Part shown: positions 48,025-62,054 of the stretch, piece after piece
Numbering within the stretch: the stretch's first letter is position 1
How the letters are laid out: every line of letters starts with the position of its first letter
Made by a program: the position numbers and the translations under genes
The notes under the pieces: generated by a model
The model's database searches: none
Told to the model about the DNA's origin: nothing
The model's input: only the letters and a program-made list of their open reading frames with translations
Assembly: GCF_001194135.2 (NCBI RefSeq)
Contig: NC_068982.1
Location: forward strand, 63,465,716 to 63,529,715
Direction: 5' to 3'
Source of the DNA: Octopus bimaculoides
Lineage: Eukaryota
Length of the DNA stretch: 64,000 bases

Positions 48025-49970
48025 TGAATCTATGCTGAAAGCTGTGCATGGCTGATATTTTACTGAACCACTGACACTTCAGATACGCTTAATTTAATGA
48101 CACTGCCTGTGGCGGATATAGAACCCGTAATTAAAGCGTAGATATTTTGCCATATTTATGTGCAAGGTCCTTCACTGTCTTCCATCTGAGAAATAAGAAG
48201 CATGACTCTTGACAAAGTAATTTCTATCTCACTAGGTTCTCATCCATCAAATTCATTCAAATTCTCTGCAAGTTACAGAATAGTGAATTAAACGGTCGTA
48301 GTCCCGTGACAGTGTGAGCTGAGTCAAAAAACGATTTCATTTACTATTTCTTTGATGCAAAATCTAGACTTCTATTGTCTGCAATGTTTTTGTTTTTTTT
48401 TACCTTTTTTCTTTTTAATCTGTTGAACATGAATACCATGTAAAGTTTATAAGCACTAAATATACGATAACAAAATTGTAACCTGGGAAATGCATACAAG
48501 CTGGTTTGAAAATGATGTACAGCGGGAGAGAAACATCTATAAATACACTTGAAAGCGTTTGAAAGATAAAAGACAACTGATCAAAATAGATAAACATATG
48601 AAACACAGCGGGAAGGAGTTGAAGAAAAGCGAGAGTTTGAGAGAGAAAGTGGACGATAAAAATGAATCAAGGGAAGATTGTAAACAAATCAAAAACGATT
48701 GTCAAAAAAGAAAAGCATAATAAAACCAGAACCTAGATGATGAAATGAAGAGATACCAACAACATATTGGGAAAGTGATGAATAAAGTCTATTTGGAAGA
48801 TATCCAGGCAAGATAAATCAGAATATCTGAGAAAATTGAACTGAAAAGTATATTTTTTTAACAAGATTTCGACAAAAAATCACAAGAACAAGTGAGTTTT
48901 GATGACACGTGCATTTAAACAGGCTTCCTTTATTTTAGATATATTTAATATATACACATAATATCTATTTATGTGTAGGTATAAATACATACATGCATAC
49001 ATGTGTAGGCATAAATACATACATAAATATATACACATACATACATGCATACATACATACATACATACATACATACATACATACACACATACATACATAC
49101 ATACATACATATATATTTTTATACCATAATTATCATCTAGTACTTCTATGATGTTAACATTTTTTTACGTAGTATATATTACAAGAATACTTCAATAAAT
49201 GTATTTTAAGTTCTTTTATTATTTTTTGCATTATGTAGAATTTGTATTCCTCGCGATATTTAACAACTTAAAATGCATTTACTTCCTACATTATGCTATT
49301 ATAATTGTTTAAAAAACATAATTCAGTAGCTGTCTCTTTACGTAACACAGTCACCGAGGGCTCTTTTTTTTTATATCACTCTAAGTTACTGATAAAATTT
49401 CGTTAACCACATGATGTCTTCATACAGTGAATAATGTAAAATGTAATTTAATTAGGAACGTTTAGATGTTAGAGATTGGTATTTGGACAGATTCCAATTG
49501 CAAGATGTATGCATTTACGCGTATACAAATATATGCACACACATATGCATACACACACATATGTACATATATATCTATATGTAACTATACCTGCATTTGT
49601 TCACGCGCATGCGTAGGTGCTTATGTGATTATTGCTTCCTAAAAAATATAGTTACGTTTTTCGAATTAGACTTTCCAAGAACTGTGAGAAAGAGGCAAGA
49701 GTGGTCTGGGCCTGTGGATGTTATTTCCAACAATCAATCCTTACCTCTAAAAGCTATTCCCACTTCTAACAGAAGCTTGTAGAAGATGGGCATGCGTACA
49801 TGTAAAATATTTTTGAGTTTATAAAATTATAAAGGTATCTAGACACATTGTATAAAGACACACGTTGTTTGAGGTTTCCAGATATAAACTCTGTTTATGG
49901 TTGGGAGATTTATGATCTTTGGCTTAACTTGAAACGCTTTCATGTGCACATATTCATGGTAAGATAAATG

Positions 49971-50043
<73 letters not shown>

Positions 50044-50287
50044 GCACATACACATATATTGATTTTTATTCTTTTACTTGCTTCACTCATTAAACACCAG
50101 ACATAGTGGGGCTCCACCTTAAAATGTCGATCAATTATTTTCAATCTATTATTCTATTGGTCCTGAATACGTCGAACTGCTTGACTGTGACATGAAAAAA
50201 GTCTACACTGGTTATCAAGCGGAGGGAGACAAGCAAACATACACGCACACAGATGCATTATATTTACACACATGACGTCCTGTACCC

Positions 50288-50320
<33 letters not shown>

Positions 50321-50589
50321 TGTATAGATATACACACACATATATATATATATATATATANNNNNNNNNNNNNNNNNNNNNNNNNNNNNNNNNNNNNNNN
50401 NNNNNNNNNNNNNNNNNNNNNNNNNNNNNNNNNNNNNNNNNNNNNNNNNNNNNNNNNNNNNNNNNNNNNATATATGTATATATATATATATATATGATGA
50501 TTGCTTCATCTTGAAATGATAGCCGTCCCATCAACACACACACACCCCACATCCCATCTCACAGTACAATCACTCCGTTGATGAGCTTT

Positions 50590-52300
50590 TAGATGACTTT
50601 TAAAACCAGCTGCTGACTGACAGGGTTTAAAACACAAGTGACAGATCTTATTCAAGTTTCTTCTATATCTTTTCCCTTTAGAATCTGACTCTAAAGGAAT
50701 GTGTTTTTATGAACTAGCATACGTCTTTTATGTCCCGATATTGTCTTACAAGTTTTTTGACATATGACACATGTCGTAAGAGGTGGTTGGTGTCCAAGAT
50801 CATTAGCTATCTGGGCATTACAATTTTCATGTAACTTCATATGATTCACGTATCCTGCTTTTGACAACAGAACATGATCACACATAATACATATCCAATG
50901 TTCACTGCTGATTATAGTTTCATTGGAACTGTTCAGAGTGCTGAATCATCTTTTTTACAATCAGTCCTAACAGCACCTCTCCACTTGTCCCGATCTAGAG
51001 CAACATTTTCCCAATCACTTTTGTTAATATCTAGTTTCTTCAGGTTTCCTTCACACAGTTTTTATACCTTTTCCTCGGCTTATGTTGTGGTTTCTTACCA
51101 GATTTGAGCTCACCATAGAAAAGACGCTTTGGCAAGCGGTCGTCTTTCATTCTAATAACATGTCCAGTCCATCTCATTTGAGCCAAGATAACATGTTGTT
51201 CGATTGAGCTGCAACGTGCCATGCGCAGTACCTCTGCATTTGGCATGAAACATTCCCACTTGATTCCTATGATACGTCTGAGGCACTTTTGATGAAATCT
51301 TTCCAGCATTTTATGCGATGCTTGTCAGTGGTCCATGTCTCACTTGAATAAAGAAGAGAAGACAATACACACGCTTTATAAACACTTTTTTTGTCTGCAG
51401 GTAAATACCGTCATCCGCCCATACTAGCTTTTCGTGCTTTCCAAATACAACACTTCCTTTCCCTATTCAATAGTATATCCCTGCATCAAAACTACCATCT
51501 CGTGACTTTATGCTTCAACTCATAATGAAAGAAAGTATTCCCAACAATTAACCATAGCTCAGAGCACATTTGTAGCAGATGCAACCCATTGTTGTTCACC
51601 TTTCCTATTCCATAATGCCCGAGTACATTCTAAGCACCATAGCCTCTACCAACACATGCATTAAATTCATCAAGTACAACCAATTTTTCATTCAAAGGGA
51701 CTGACAGAATACTTCTTCTAAGCTCCTCATAAAATGCATGGTTATTTTCCTCACTAGCTGAAAGTGTAGGAGCATAATTAGAGAAAAAGTTACAAAGCGC
51801 CAACAAGAAAGAGGGAACCGGACTTTCATTATGCGTGTATTTATGTTTTGTGGCTCTTCTAGGTCTTTTTGCAAATCACTTCTAATTGCAAACCCAACAC
51901 TACCTTCCCTTTTCTCTCCCTTCGGTTTCCCAACCGAGAATAATGTGAAACCTACCGCTCTTTCAACAATATGATCTACATCTGAACATCTTGTTTCAGA
52001 AAGAGCTGCAATATCGACATTAAGACGCCTTAGCTCCTTAATTACTAGAGCTGTTCTTCTTTCAGGTCTATCTGCTCGATCTAAAAGGGTTCTCACATTC
52101 CAACAGGTCAGGTTAAGAGAAACCTTATTCCTTGAAAGCTTGTTATTATTGTTTGTATCAATTCTTTGTTCATTCCTGTTAAAATTGAACCACCGCTAAC
52201 CGCAGTAAAACTAACCAGCAGAGAGAAGACAGACAATTTTTAGTGCACCTTTTCTAGCACCTTCCTAGTATATCCAGTATTCTCCTTAAAAGGGTTGCTC
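50590..52300 (-). mobile_element. RTE (BovB-like) LINE with internal deletion of the RT domain
   Basis: WNVRTLLDRADRPERRTALVIKELRRLNVDIAALSETR (APE start), GIGKVNNNG..GNTFF, then an abrupt jump to RDG..YKACVLSSLLYSSETW..LERFHQKCLRR..RWTGHVIRMKDDRLPKRLFYGEL and two C-terminal C2H2-like motifs. Confidence 0.9.
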
Positions 52301-53329
52301 AGACACATGATTCTCCACCGAAAACGGTTCCTGTCCATGCAAACATGTTAGTGGTGTTAAGATAAGAACCCTGCCGCCTTATGTGAAGATTTGTAACTGT
52401 ATGCTTCCGACCGGTCAAGTCTTCATACGTTGCCACGCCTCTATCGCCATAGGACTTTTGAAAAGTGATGATTGTACGATGATAGTGTTTTGTTGGGGAC
52501 ATCCGTACTTCATTGAATTTCAGTGACAAACACTTGTACGACACTTTTGCCACACTCTGGGTCGAAATATTAGATTCCAGTGACAAGCAAAGCAAAATGA
52601 CTATTACTAAGTTGACTTCAGATTTTATGTCGGAGTACCTTCTCCTAGGCTTTTCCTCAAAAGGATACTGCAAGCCAGCAGTGGTAAGTGAATTTGAATT
52701 CGGAGCTTTATTTTCCTATACTGGTTGTCCTAATCACGGCTTCGTTTCAAAACAGGAGTCCAGTCTGCCCCCATCAACAGTCATGGCCTTGACAGTGCAG
52801 CCAGTTAAGGAACTGTCATTACCATGACCTGGTTTTATGTCAGAGTGTCCTTCTCCAAGAAGAGTTACCATCACCACGGCTAATGAGCCTTATCAGCCCC
52901 CCCCCCACACACACACACATATATATATATAATGATATAATGCTTACATACCTTACTATCTCATATGCTCAACTTATAAAACGTAATATAGCAGAAAATT
53001 TAATATTAAAATTTAAAACCAACATCTTCGACCAGACATTTTCTCGATGTAAGTGCGTAGTACCTAGTGTTGATCTTTGGCAAATAAACCCCGGGAAATG
53101 TTTTGATGCAATGTTACAGAGCTTCTTCTCCAAAATAAATCGTGTACAGATAATATGACACCAACGAATTATGGTCAAATTCAAGTAAAAGCTTTATCAG
53201 AATTTTGTTTGGAAATGGCATCATATGTTACACACTTCACGTTTTGGTTTGGTTTTAATACATATCAAACCATTGTTATAGCTACACACACACACACACA
53301 CACATACATACACACACACACACACACGC

Positions 53330-53374
<45 letters not shown>

Positions 53375-53559
53375 TATGTGTGTGTGTGTAGCTAGAAAAA
53401 AGAAAGAAAGAAAGAAACACACACATATGTGCATATAAATTTGAAGGAACTGAAATTCTACTAATGTTATTGCGTAGTATGAGCATCAAAGTAAAACCAT
53501 TAACTGCTCTCAGAAAATTCCAAGGCTACTTGCTGAACAAAACTTTCGGTTAAGAAAGA

Positions 53560-54080
53560 AATTCGGCCTCTAGATGAAACCTAATACACTGTACATCTCA
53601 AGAACATTTGTCGGAAATCTGAGAAGGTTGAAGTCAGAAACTAGTGACTCATTATTCAGCTCAAATCTAACGGCTTTCACGAGAAACTTCTATGAAAACT
53701 ACAAAGCTACTATCTCGAGAGTGCTGTTAAATTTACCTCTTCAGTATAATATTCTCATCTGACTTTCGTAGAGGATGTTTCACAACTTTTAGTGCTTCTT
53801 CTACTTCTGTCCTCAGTTGGGAATGATTTTGATTTTTATACAAACGGCTACACACGATTTCTCTCAGTAATATTAGCATGTAGCCGTAATCTTGGCGTAG
53901 CCGTCTTAAACCAGTAATTTTGTGAGAGTGAAAGGTTAGGCGTATGATTGAGATATTCCAATATGTGGTTATATATTTATATATGTCTCTCTGTTCTTGA
54001 AAGTATTGAGTATTATATTTTGTTTGGGAATATGTATGTTCCCACAAACGAGAATATGCTCCAGTAAGACCAAAATCCAT
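53560..54080 (-). mobile_element. Degenerate LINE RT N-terminal remnant (clade uncertain)
   Basis: TEVEEALKVVK..DENI..ILK resembles T..EV..ALK..K..GPD.I..E.LK, followed by a KAFD-like remnant. Confidence 0.35.
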
Positions 54081-54860
54081 GAGCTAGTATTACAATACTT
54101 TCTTAAACAATCTAACAGTATGAACAGGTGACTCCATTTACTTCGAAATATGTTTTACTAGATATATTTTTACATATCATTGATGATGCAAGAAAGCCTA
54201 ACTCCATGCTACAGATGTGAAACCATTCTTAAACCAGTTACACATTTGACTCACCGTAGTAAATATGTTAACTAACTTTCAACTATATTTTCTTCATGCA
54301 CAAGAAATTTTCTAACGTGATTATTCCCAAAGTAGATTGACTATTTCATTAGTGGCATTATATTTCTATTTGAATGTCAATGTGACTAAAAGAAAATTAG
54401 TTTGCCTTAACTTCTAAAATGATTTCAGAGATATACAGTAATTCAGCTGATTTGTTGGAACTGACTAATTCATTCTATGAAACAGGATCTTCTCCATCAT
54501 AGCGCTATTATTATACTGAATTGAAATAACTATGACCCTGAGCTAGACGGGATTTTAGCTATTCTTCCATAATGCTCAGTTGAGGAAAGGTAGACCTTCT
54601 GAATAGTTTGCTGACAGGCTATAAACCAGACAAATTTGAATGTATAACTGGTCGAGGAAATGTCCAAAGAACTAAATACCTGCAATAGATATGGTAATAT
54701 AGCCCTATATTAAAAAGGTTTTACTTCAGTTTACTTGTTCAATATATTCATAATTTATTACACGAGTTTGTTAGAAAGCTATAAATGTGCAATTCGATAC
54801 AACTGAATATTAAAATGCAGAATACAGTGCGAGTCAGAATGACTGGAATGCATTTAAATA

Positions 54861-55092
54861 TTCTTTTCTACTCTAGGTACAAGGCCCGAAATTTTTGGGG
54901 AGGAGGGCCAGTCGATTAGAGCGACCTCAGTACGCAACTGGTACTTAATTTATCGAAAAACTTGTTTTATTCCCCGAAAGGATGAAAGGCAAAGTCGACC
55001 TCGGCGGAATTTTAACTCATAACGTAAAGACAGACGAAATACCGCTAAGCATTTTGCCCGGCGTGATAACGTTTCTGCCAGCTCGCCGTCTT
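54861..55092 (-). mobile_element. SINE S1, best-preserved copy (reference for the family)
   Basis: Minus strand: aagacggcgagctggcagaaacgtta (A-box) ..gagttaaaattccgcc (B-box) ..gtcgactttgcctttcatcctttcgggg..ccagttgcgtactgaggtcgctctaatcgact..ttcgggccttgtacctagagtagaaaagaat. Confidence 0.9.
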
Positions 55093-55204
55093 AATGCATT
55101 TATATATTAGAAAGCCAAGCTGTGAGAGGAAATTATGAGAACGTTGAAAGATATTACGGGTCTCCTGAAGGACAGCTTAAGAAATTGTTTGGCGCTCCAT
55201 GATA

Positions 55205-55545
55205 TAAACATTATCGACTGCACATACTCAATGTTTATTTTGTTTGTTCACAAGTTCACTGAGATATAGTGCAAGGGGAATAACTCCCTTAACCCATTGT
55301 GTGTAAAAACACCTGACAATCTTAGACAACTCGTCTCCGATCCCACTCAGGAGCGATGGATACCGATATTTCGCCATTTTAACATTTATATGCCTTATCA
55401 ACATCATGTATTTGAATCGAATCGCCAGTCTAAGGCTATAAATAAATACACTAAAATCCTTTACTGATATGCCACGGCAATGATTACGCAAAATTAAATT
55501 CTATAACGAATTAAAAGCAGCGTTAGTATAAACATTATCAACAGC
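55205..55545. repeat. Unclassified dispersed repeat, copy 2
   Basis: Same orientation and shared blocks with 42465-42850. Confidence 0.75.
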
Positions 55546-56289
55546 GAAATAAATACGTAACTGCGTCCGATTCAGAATGAATATGTTGCATTACCAAAGA
55601 ATTTAAAAGTATTAACCACTTTAAATGACATATTTCTAAAACGTAAATCCACATACGCTCACAAATAGATGCATAAACACATCCTTATATGGTTGCGTAC
55701 ATATAAAGGAAAGCAGTTACTTATATAGNNNNNNNNNNNNNNNNNNNNNNNNNNNNNNNNNNNNNNNNNNNNNNNNNNNNNNNNNNNNNNNNNNNNNNNN
55801 NNNNNNNNNNNNNNNNNNNNNNNNNNNNNNNNNNNNNNNNNNNNNNNNNNNNNNNNNNNNNNNNNNNNNNNNNNNNTATATATATATATATGTATATACT
55901 ATCAAGAGTGAAGTTCAATCTTGCTAGCTTGCAATGTTACACAGCAAAACTGGCGCACAATGGGAAAATACTTTGAAGGCAAAAACCCCTGGAATGTGAA
56001 TACGAACGGAATAAAGCAAGCTTTGCATAAATCGGACCAGTAGTAATTGCGATATTTGGGGTTTGTGGGTATAAATATCCAATTTATACCCGAAAATAAC
56101 TTCACCTTTAAAGGGAAGAGACTCTAACCTTTCCATTTGACACGTTATGAAAGGCAAAATATTTTTAACTGAAAATGACTTTAAAAATACGGTGAATATT
56201 TTGTAAAAGACTCGTTCGTAACCTCGGTATGAAATACTTTTTCTCCATAGGTTTCTTTCGAGTGCATTCAAGGTATCTCACTTCCAAAG

Positions 56290-56400
56290 ATTTGGCTGCT
56301 ATTTTTAGCACACCCTACCTCAACGTATCAGCTATTTGCGATAAATGACCCGAAATACCTGTTACGTGATAGCAGGGTGTGCAAAAAATAGCAGCCAAAT
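56290..56400. repeat. 27-bp inverted repeat (hairpin / possible MITE)
   Basis: atttggctgctatttttagcacaccct (56290-56316) and agggtgtgcaaaaaatagcagccaaat (56374-56400), one mismatch. Confidence 0.85.
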
Positions 56401-56689
56401 ATTTCCTTTTCTGGGGAAAGGAGCCGTTTACATTTGATTTTTATGTCACATACGTTGAAAGCATGCGAAAAATTTTGGGAAAATAAAAAGAAAAATAAGT
56501 GGAAATTTTACCGGTGAGTGTGTTAAAATTTTAAGGTACAATAAGAAAATGACTCTCCCCAGACACAACAGAATATGCTTCAACACACGAAATCACATAA
56601 AAAACTTGCAAACCAAACCAAAAACGATATATATATATATACGAGAGAGAGTTCTCGGAGATGGTAAATATGTGACTGAGTTGGTGCGT

Positions 56690-57200
56690 TAGTTGTGCTC
56701 TCGATGCACTCTCTCGTGGATATGTTAGCAGTCATCTGCGGGATGATAGGAACGTTGATAATCAAAGTTGCCTATCATGGACCAACAACCGGATTACTAA
56801 CAGCCACTTTGAAGGGCATGCTTTTGCAATCCAGGGACAGGAAATATCACCAATATAATTGATGCACAAGAGGAACATAGATGCAGGAAAAGCACAACCA
56901 GGTTATAACCCATGCAGAATTTGTGGGGTTAGCACATCATAAGCAGTTGTTCTAAAAGGTCATCATGGTATTATCAACCGATGAGAGATGTGGTTGTAGC
57001 TAAAACTGAGATCTATCGGAAGGATAACCCTGAGGCTAAAGAAATATGTACCCACCGCATGGTAGAAGCCATAGCCATTTATAATAAGGAGTACTGATGG
57101 AATGTCCCAGTGAAAACCTCAGTAAAATGTAAACATAACAGATATGATATAAAAATTTAGGACAGAGAAGAGAAACTGCGTACGGTTGAGCTATTGAGAA
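56690..57200 (+). mobile_element. Degenerate RLE-type (R4/NeSL-like) non-LTR fragment, distinct family D
   Basis: TNSHFEGHAFAIQ.QEI, CRICG, H...SCSK, YWWNVPVKTSVKCKHNR.D (Zn knuckle + RLE start) with indels. Not in a (TAA)n tract. Confidence 0.7.
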
Positions 57201-57582
57201 CTCTAGTTATTCTACCCAGATTACAAGTTTACACCTGTAATTTTGGGGGAACTGAGATATGTAACATACTGCCTAAGTACCAATCTTGAGAATACCATCA
57301 CGGAAACTGTAAAAATCTGTAAAACTTTCCAGAAATTCATCATTTAAGTATATATGCGCATGTTCGGACATGCTGGACATACAACTATATGCATAGTAAT
57401 ACATACACAAAACATACAAATCTGTACCTGCACTGACTCGAAATATTGTACATATGCGGACAAAAATACCCTGTTGATGTTGAAATTCCAATGAAGGACC
57501 CTTAGATCATCTTTAGAAACCGGTTCTTTCTCTATTAGCAAAAATATCTCGAAAATACACTGAATAATGACAAAGATACATA

Positions 57583-57613
<31 letters not shown>

Positions 57614-58689
57614 CATACATACATACATACAACACAATTCAATTCCCGTTCGCATCAGATGTACAGGCGTAGAGTACCCTTTAAAGATGCCGTTTTGAAT
57701 GTTTTCCTCTACAGTTATGACAATTTCCCCAGTCTAAATCAGTATCTGGTGTATTTCTTTTGTTACAGATAAGAGAAACCTCTTTTACTTTCTAAGTAAG
57801 CATTTTTGACACCGGATTATAAAATATATCTTACACCACGAAGAATTTCGCTTTTTCGAACATAGCTGGTATTGAGAGCAACACTAACGCTGATACCAAC
57901 GCATTCAGCAGTGTGATATCAGTTTACTTATTTAAGATGACATAAGTACTCTTTTCACTTCACTTGATCTAAATATCTAAATCAAGGTGTACTGAATATT
58001 ATACCGTCGACTGTACACCAAAGTCTTGAAAAGCCTCAGTTTATCCATAACACGAGGTCAAGTGATAAAATTCATTTTGAAATGTAAATGGAGATAATTC
58101 TGACTATGCATAAATTAGGAGTTGTACACTTAAATTATATCAAGAGAAGTTTAAAAGTGATGTCAAGTTGAAATAGAGACTTACATTGCAAACTGCAGTT
58201 TCACAGGAAATTAGTGCAATGTTAACAAAATTCTCTTTTGGCTAGACTTTTATAGCCTCTCCACAAGTTTTAAATTCCTCTGAGAAGGGTTAAAAATGTA
58301 TATAAATATATAGCAGATTTCTACGAAAATGTCTTTCTCTCCCGGCAAACTTTACCAAAGATGTTATACTACTATCACAAAAATCCACCTATCTTTAACC
58401 TCAGATGTTAGAGAGTTCAAGATAGGAAAAACTCGCTGCCATGTGATGTTACAAGCTTCTTCGGTTGAACATATTATTAATGCAAACTTTTCAAGGGTTT
58501 TGACTGGAAATGGAACGTGAGAATAATCGCTGAAATCGCAAAGACTACTCTGGAAATGAAATGTGATAGATGTGGTGCAGAACATCAGATATGCCTGGCT
58601 TTGGTGAACACGTAACAGAAAGGTACACAACTAGAGTCAGTGGAATCTAGAAACTTATAAAGACATGGTGAGCAAATTAATCTTAGTAT

Positions 58690-58995
58690 ATATTAAGGAC
58701 AAGGAGTATTCAACGAAGGTAGTAAGACTGGGTAGGCAATGAGCATTAGCAGCAAGAGAAAGAATTGTGCAAAGGAAGATGTCATGGAACAAATCTCCAG
58801 TGAGCATTATTACAAAATTGCAACTGCATGGCTGGAGTGGATATCGTTACACTCGACTGGGTGTGGTAGTAGCATGGATGGTGAAGGAGAAATTTTGCTA
58901 ACTCGGACATACCATAGTAGAATCAATACCGCTTGGCTCCAGTGGACGGAGGGATAGCCGAAAGTTGCCGAAATCACTGTGATCTCAAATTAACC
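58690..58995 (+). mobile_element. RTE-type relic (post-RT region)
   Basis: SRINTAWLQW...CDLKL resembles RTE R+N.AW.KW...LCD.K+P. Confidence 0.4.
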
Positions 58996-59060
58996 ACTCA
59001 TAGACGTAATGTTCGGCAGTGTACGCTTCAATCAAAGTAATAATAATAATAATAACAATG

Positions 59061-59112
<52 letters not shown>

Positions 59113-60340
59113 ATGCATACATACATACACACATAATACATACATACTTACATACACATACATACATACGTGCATACTCACACACATACAAACACACATA
59201 TATGAAGAAGCACACATTCATTCGCATGCAAATATATACATATGTAGATACATATATTATCGTTAATATTCCTTATAAAAGGAATATTTACTGAGGTACA
59301 CATGTAAAAATTCTTTATAAAAAGAATATTTACTGAGGTACACATATATAAATTTGTGGTAGTGAACAAAAATATTATTTTTCAGTAATGAACAGATGTA
59401 CATGTACGTCACTGAAAACACCGTTTTGTTTACCAATGAAGGAATAAATTTCTGTATCAATAAACAGATATAGTTGAAAGCAAATGAACGGATACAACTG
59501 CATATAGATAATATTTCAAAGTACGGATGTGCTAAATTGCAAATATATATGTGATTCCTGCACGGTTGACCGATTGCAAAACCAAATTCAGCTCTTCTAA
59601 ATTAAATTATGATTCAGTAACAACCATTTGAATTACAAACAGACAACTAAGCAGAGGCTTTCGTGAAATAGAATTAGACAAATTATGAAGATCAATGTTT
59701 ATGTTATTCGATTAGAAACAGAACAACAAACATTGAAAGAACGAGGAGGTAACTGATTAAGGTTACTGAATTTTTAGTCAAAATAATCTCGGTGGATGAA
59801 TGAGTCTTAAAACAGAAACCGAAACGAACTTACGCTCTTATACAGCTAGCTGAATATTTTGTGGTTAAAGACTAATCAAATATAATTGTAACAGCGCATT
59901 TAAAATTAGACACCAAATATCAATAGTCTAAAGGATAGGATGTATCTATTGTACTTCCTATACTAGATTAGGGTCCGTACAACAATCATTTAAATATTGT
60001 TTGAATTATTTGAATACGTTAATCAAGACACAATTTTAAACCACAGATTGTTTGTTTTTCAAGCAGATATTCCAAGCAACGTCCCAAGTGTGTTTTAGTC
60101 GAGAGATAAGTTGACTGCAAATTAGAATTGTAGAATCATTTCCCGATACTCGATTGCAAATATTTATTACACGACAGTATGGACGTTCTGTCATATAATA
60201 TATCATATTTTACTAAATTTGTCTAATTTATCTCTCGAAACGCTTATATCAGGTCATCCCATAAGTTCTGTCCGATTTTACCTTTTTTTTAAATTGAATG
60301 AAATTTAATAGTATTTTAGAATGTCTAATGCACATTAGAA

Positions 60341-60468
60341 ATTATTTTTTTGCATTTGTGTACATTTAAATTAATTAAATATTATTTTTTTGGATTTGTG
60401 TACATTTAAATTAATTAAATATTATTTTTTTGCATTTGTGTACATTTAAATTAATTAAATATTATTTT
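60341..60468 (+). repeat. 40-bp tandem repeat x3 in the mariner 5' UTR
   Basis: attatttttttgcatttgtgtacatttaaattaattaaat at 60341, 60381 and 60421. Confidence 0.95.
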
Positions 60469-60513
60469 ACAGAATAATAGAAATAAAATTTCTTTGATTA
60501 AATCCTTTCTAGC

Positions 60514-61541
60514 ATGGAAGTATCCAAAGAGCAGTTAAGGCACATAATGCTTTATGAGTACAAAAAAAGAAACTCTGCAGCCGAAGCGACACGAAACATA
60601 CACTCAGTCTATGGGAAAGAATGCTTGAATGAAAAACTTGCAGAAGATGGTTTGCAAAATTCAGAAGTGGAGATTTCAGCCTTGAAGATGAAGATCGAAC
60701 AAGACGTCTAGTTGAGTTTGATGAGAAGCCCCTTCAGGCATAACTTGAAGAAAATCCTGCATTATCAGTTGAAGAATTGGCAATAAAGCTTAGTTCAAAC
60801 CATACAACTGTTCTTCGTCATCTTCAACAACTTGGAAAAGCTCCTAAACTTGGAAAATGGGTGCCCCATGAATGGTCCGAAACCAACCGCAAATCCCGAG
60901 TTGACATCTGCTCTTTTCTCCATTCTCGCGAACTCATTTCACCCTCTTTGGATAGACTTGTGACTGGTGACGGAAAATGGACCTTCTATCGAAATGTTAA
61001 ACGTCGTAAACAGTGACTTGGTAAAAGGGAAAGAGCTCAACCACAACCGAGAAGGGAACTTCATGGAAAAAAGGTTTTTCTCTCTATCTGGTGGGATTGC
61101 AAGGGAGTAATTCACTTTGAATTGTTACTGCTTAATACAACAATCAATGCTTAAGTCTACTGTCAGCAATTAGACGGTTTGGACCAAGTTTTAAAGAAAA
61201 AAAGACCCGCTTTAGTGAATCGAAAAGGAGATATGTTTCATCAGGACAATGCGCGACCCCACACTGCAAAGATCACATCACAAAAGATCGAAGAGCTAAG
61301 TTGGGAATAAATTCCTCATCCACCTTATTCTCCCGACCTTGCTCCTTCAGATTACCATTTGTTTCGTAGTTTACAGAATCATTTGGGGGACATAACTTTC
61401 GCAAGCCAGGAGGATGTCGAAACTGACATTTCAGAGTTCTTCGCTTTGAAACCAAAAGAGTTTTACATTGATGGGATTAAAAAGCTTCTAAATAGATGGA
61501 AGAGAGTCATAGATAATCAAGGAAAGTACATTGATGATTAA
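60514..61541 (+). pseudogene. Mariner transposase pseudogene
   Basis: MEVSKEQLRHIMLYEYKK..AAEATRNI (HTH), KWVPHE, LVTGD.KW.FY.N, HQDNARPH and HPPYSPDLAPSDYHLFRSLQNHL, broken by stops and frameshifts. Confidence 0.92.
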
Positions 61542-61962
61542 ATGTCAATTGAATATAACATTCGATCACTTGTTTTCTTTATTCAAAATTCGGACAGAAC
61601 TTATGGGATGACTTAAAATATTATAGAATATGCCGAAGTAGAAAATATGGAAATTAGCGCAAGCCATCCTATGATGTAAAGAATCTCGCTTTACAACCAC
61701 ATAGTTCTAGATTCAATACCACAGCGTCTCACTATGAAGAGCTCTCTTTTATTATAGCCACCATGTTAAGTAATATTACTGGTACGTAAAGATAAAGAAC
61801 AAAGTTTTTCCACAAAAAGAACAATAAATCGGTGTGTCGGGGCAAATATTTGAAAAGAAGTGGTATGCTTGAACAGCTCTCGATATAGTAAAGGAAGTGA
61901 ACATACGATTGGTCCGTTGAAAATGCGTAAACAGAGACATTAGAATTATATATATATAATAC

Positions 61963-61997
<35 letters not shown>

Positions 61998-62054
61998 GAT
62001 AGATATGTATATATACTTGCACACTCGTACACACATATATATGTTAATTGGCAT

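Larger units (their letters stand above)
60249..61616 (+). mobile_element. Full-length defective mariner (Tc1/mariner, DD34D)
   Basis: TIRs TCAGGTCATCCCATAAGTTCTGTCCG and CGGACAGAACTTATGGGATGACTTAA, with a TA immediately 5' of the left TIR. Confidence 0.95.
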
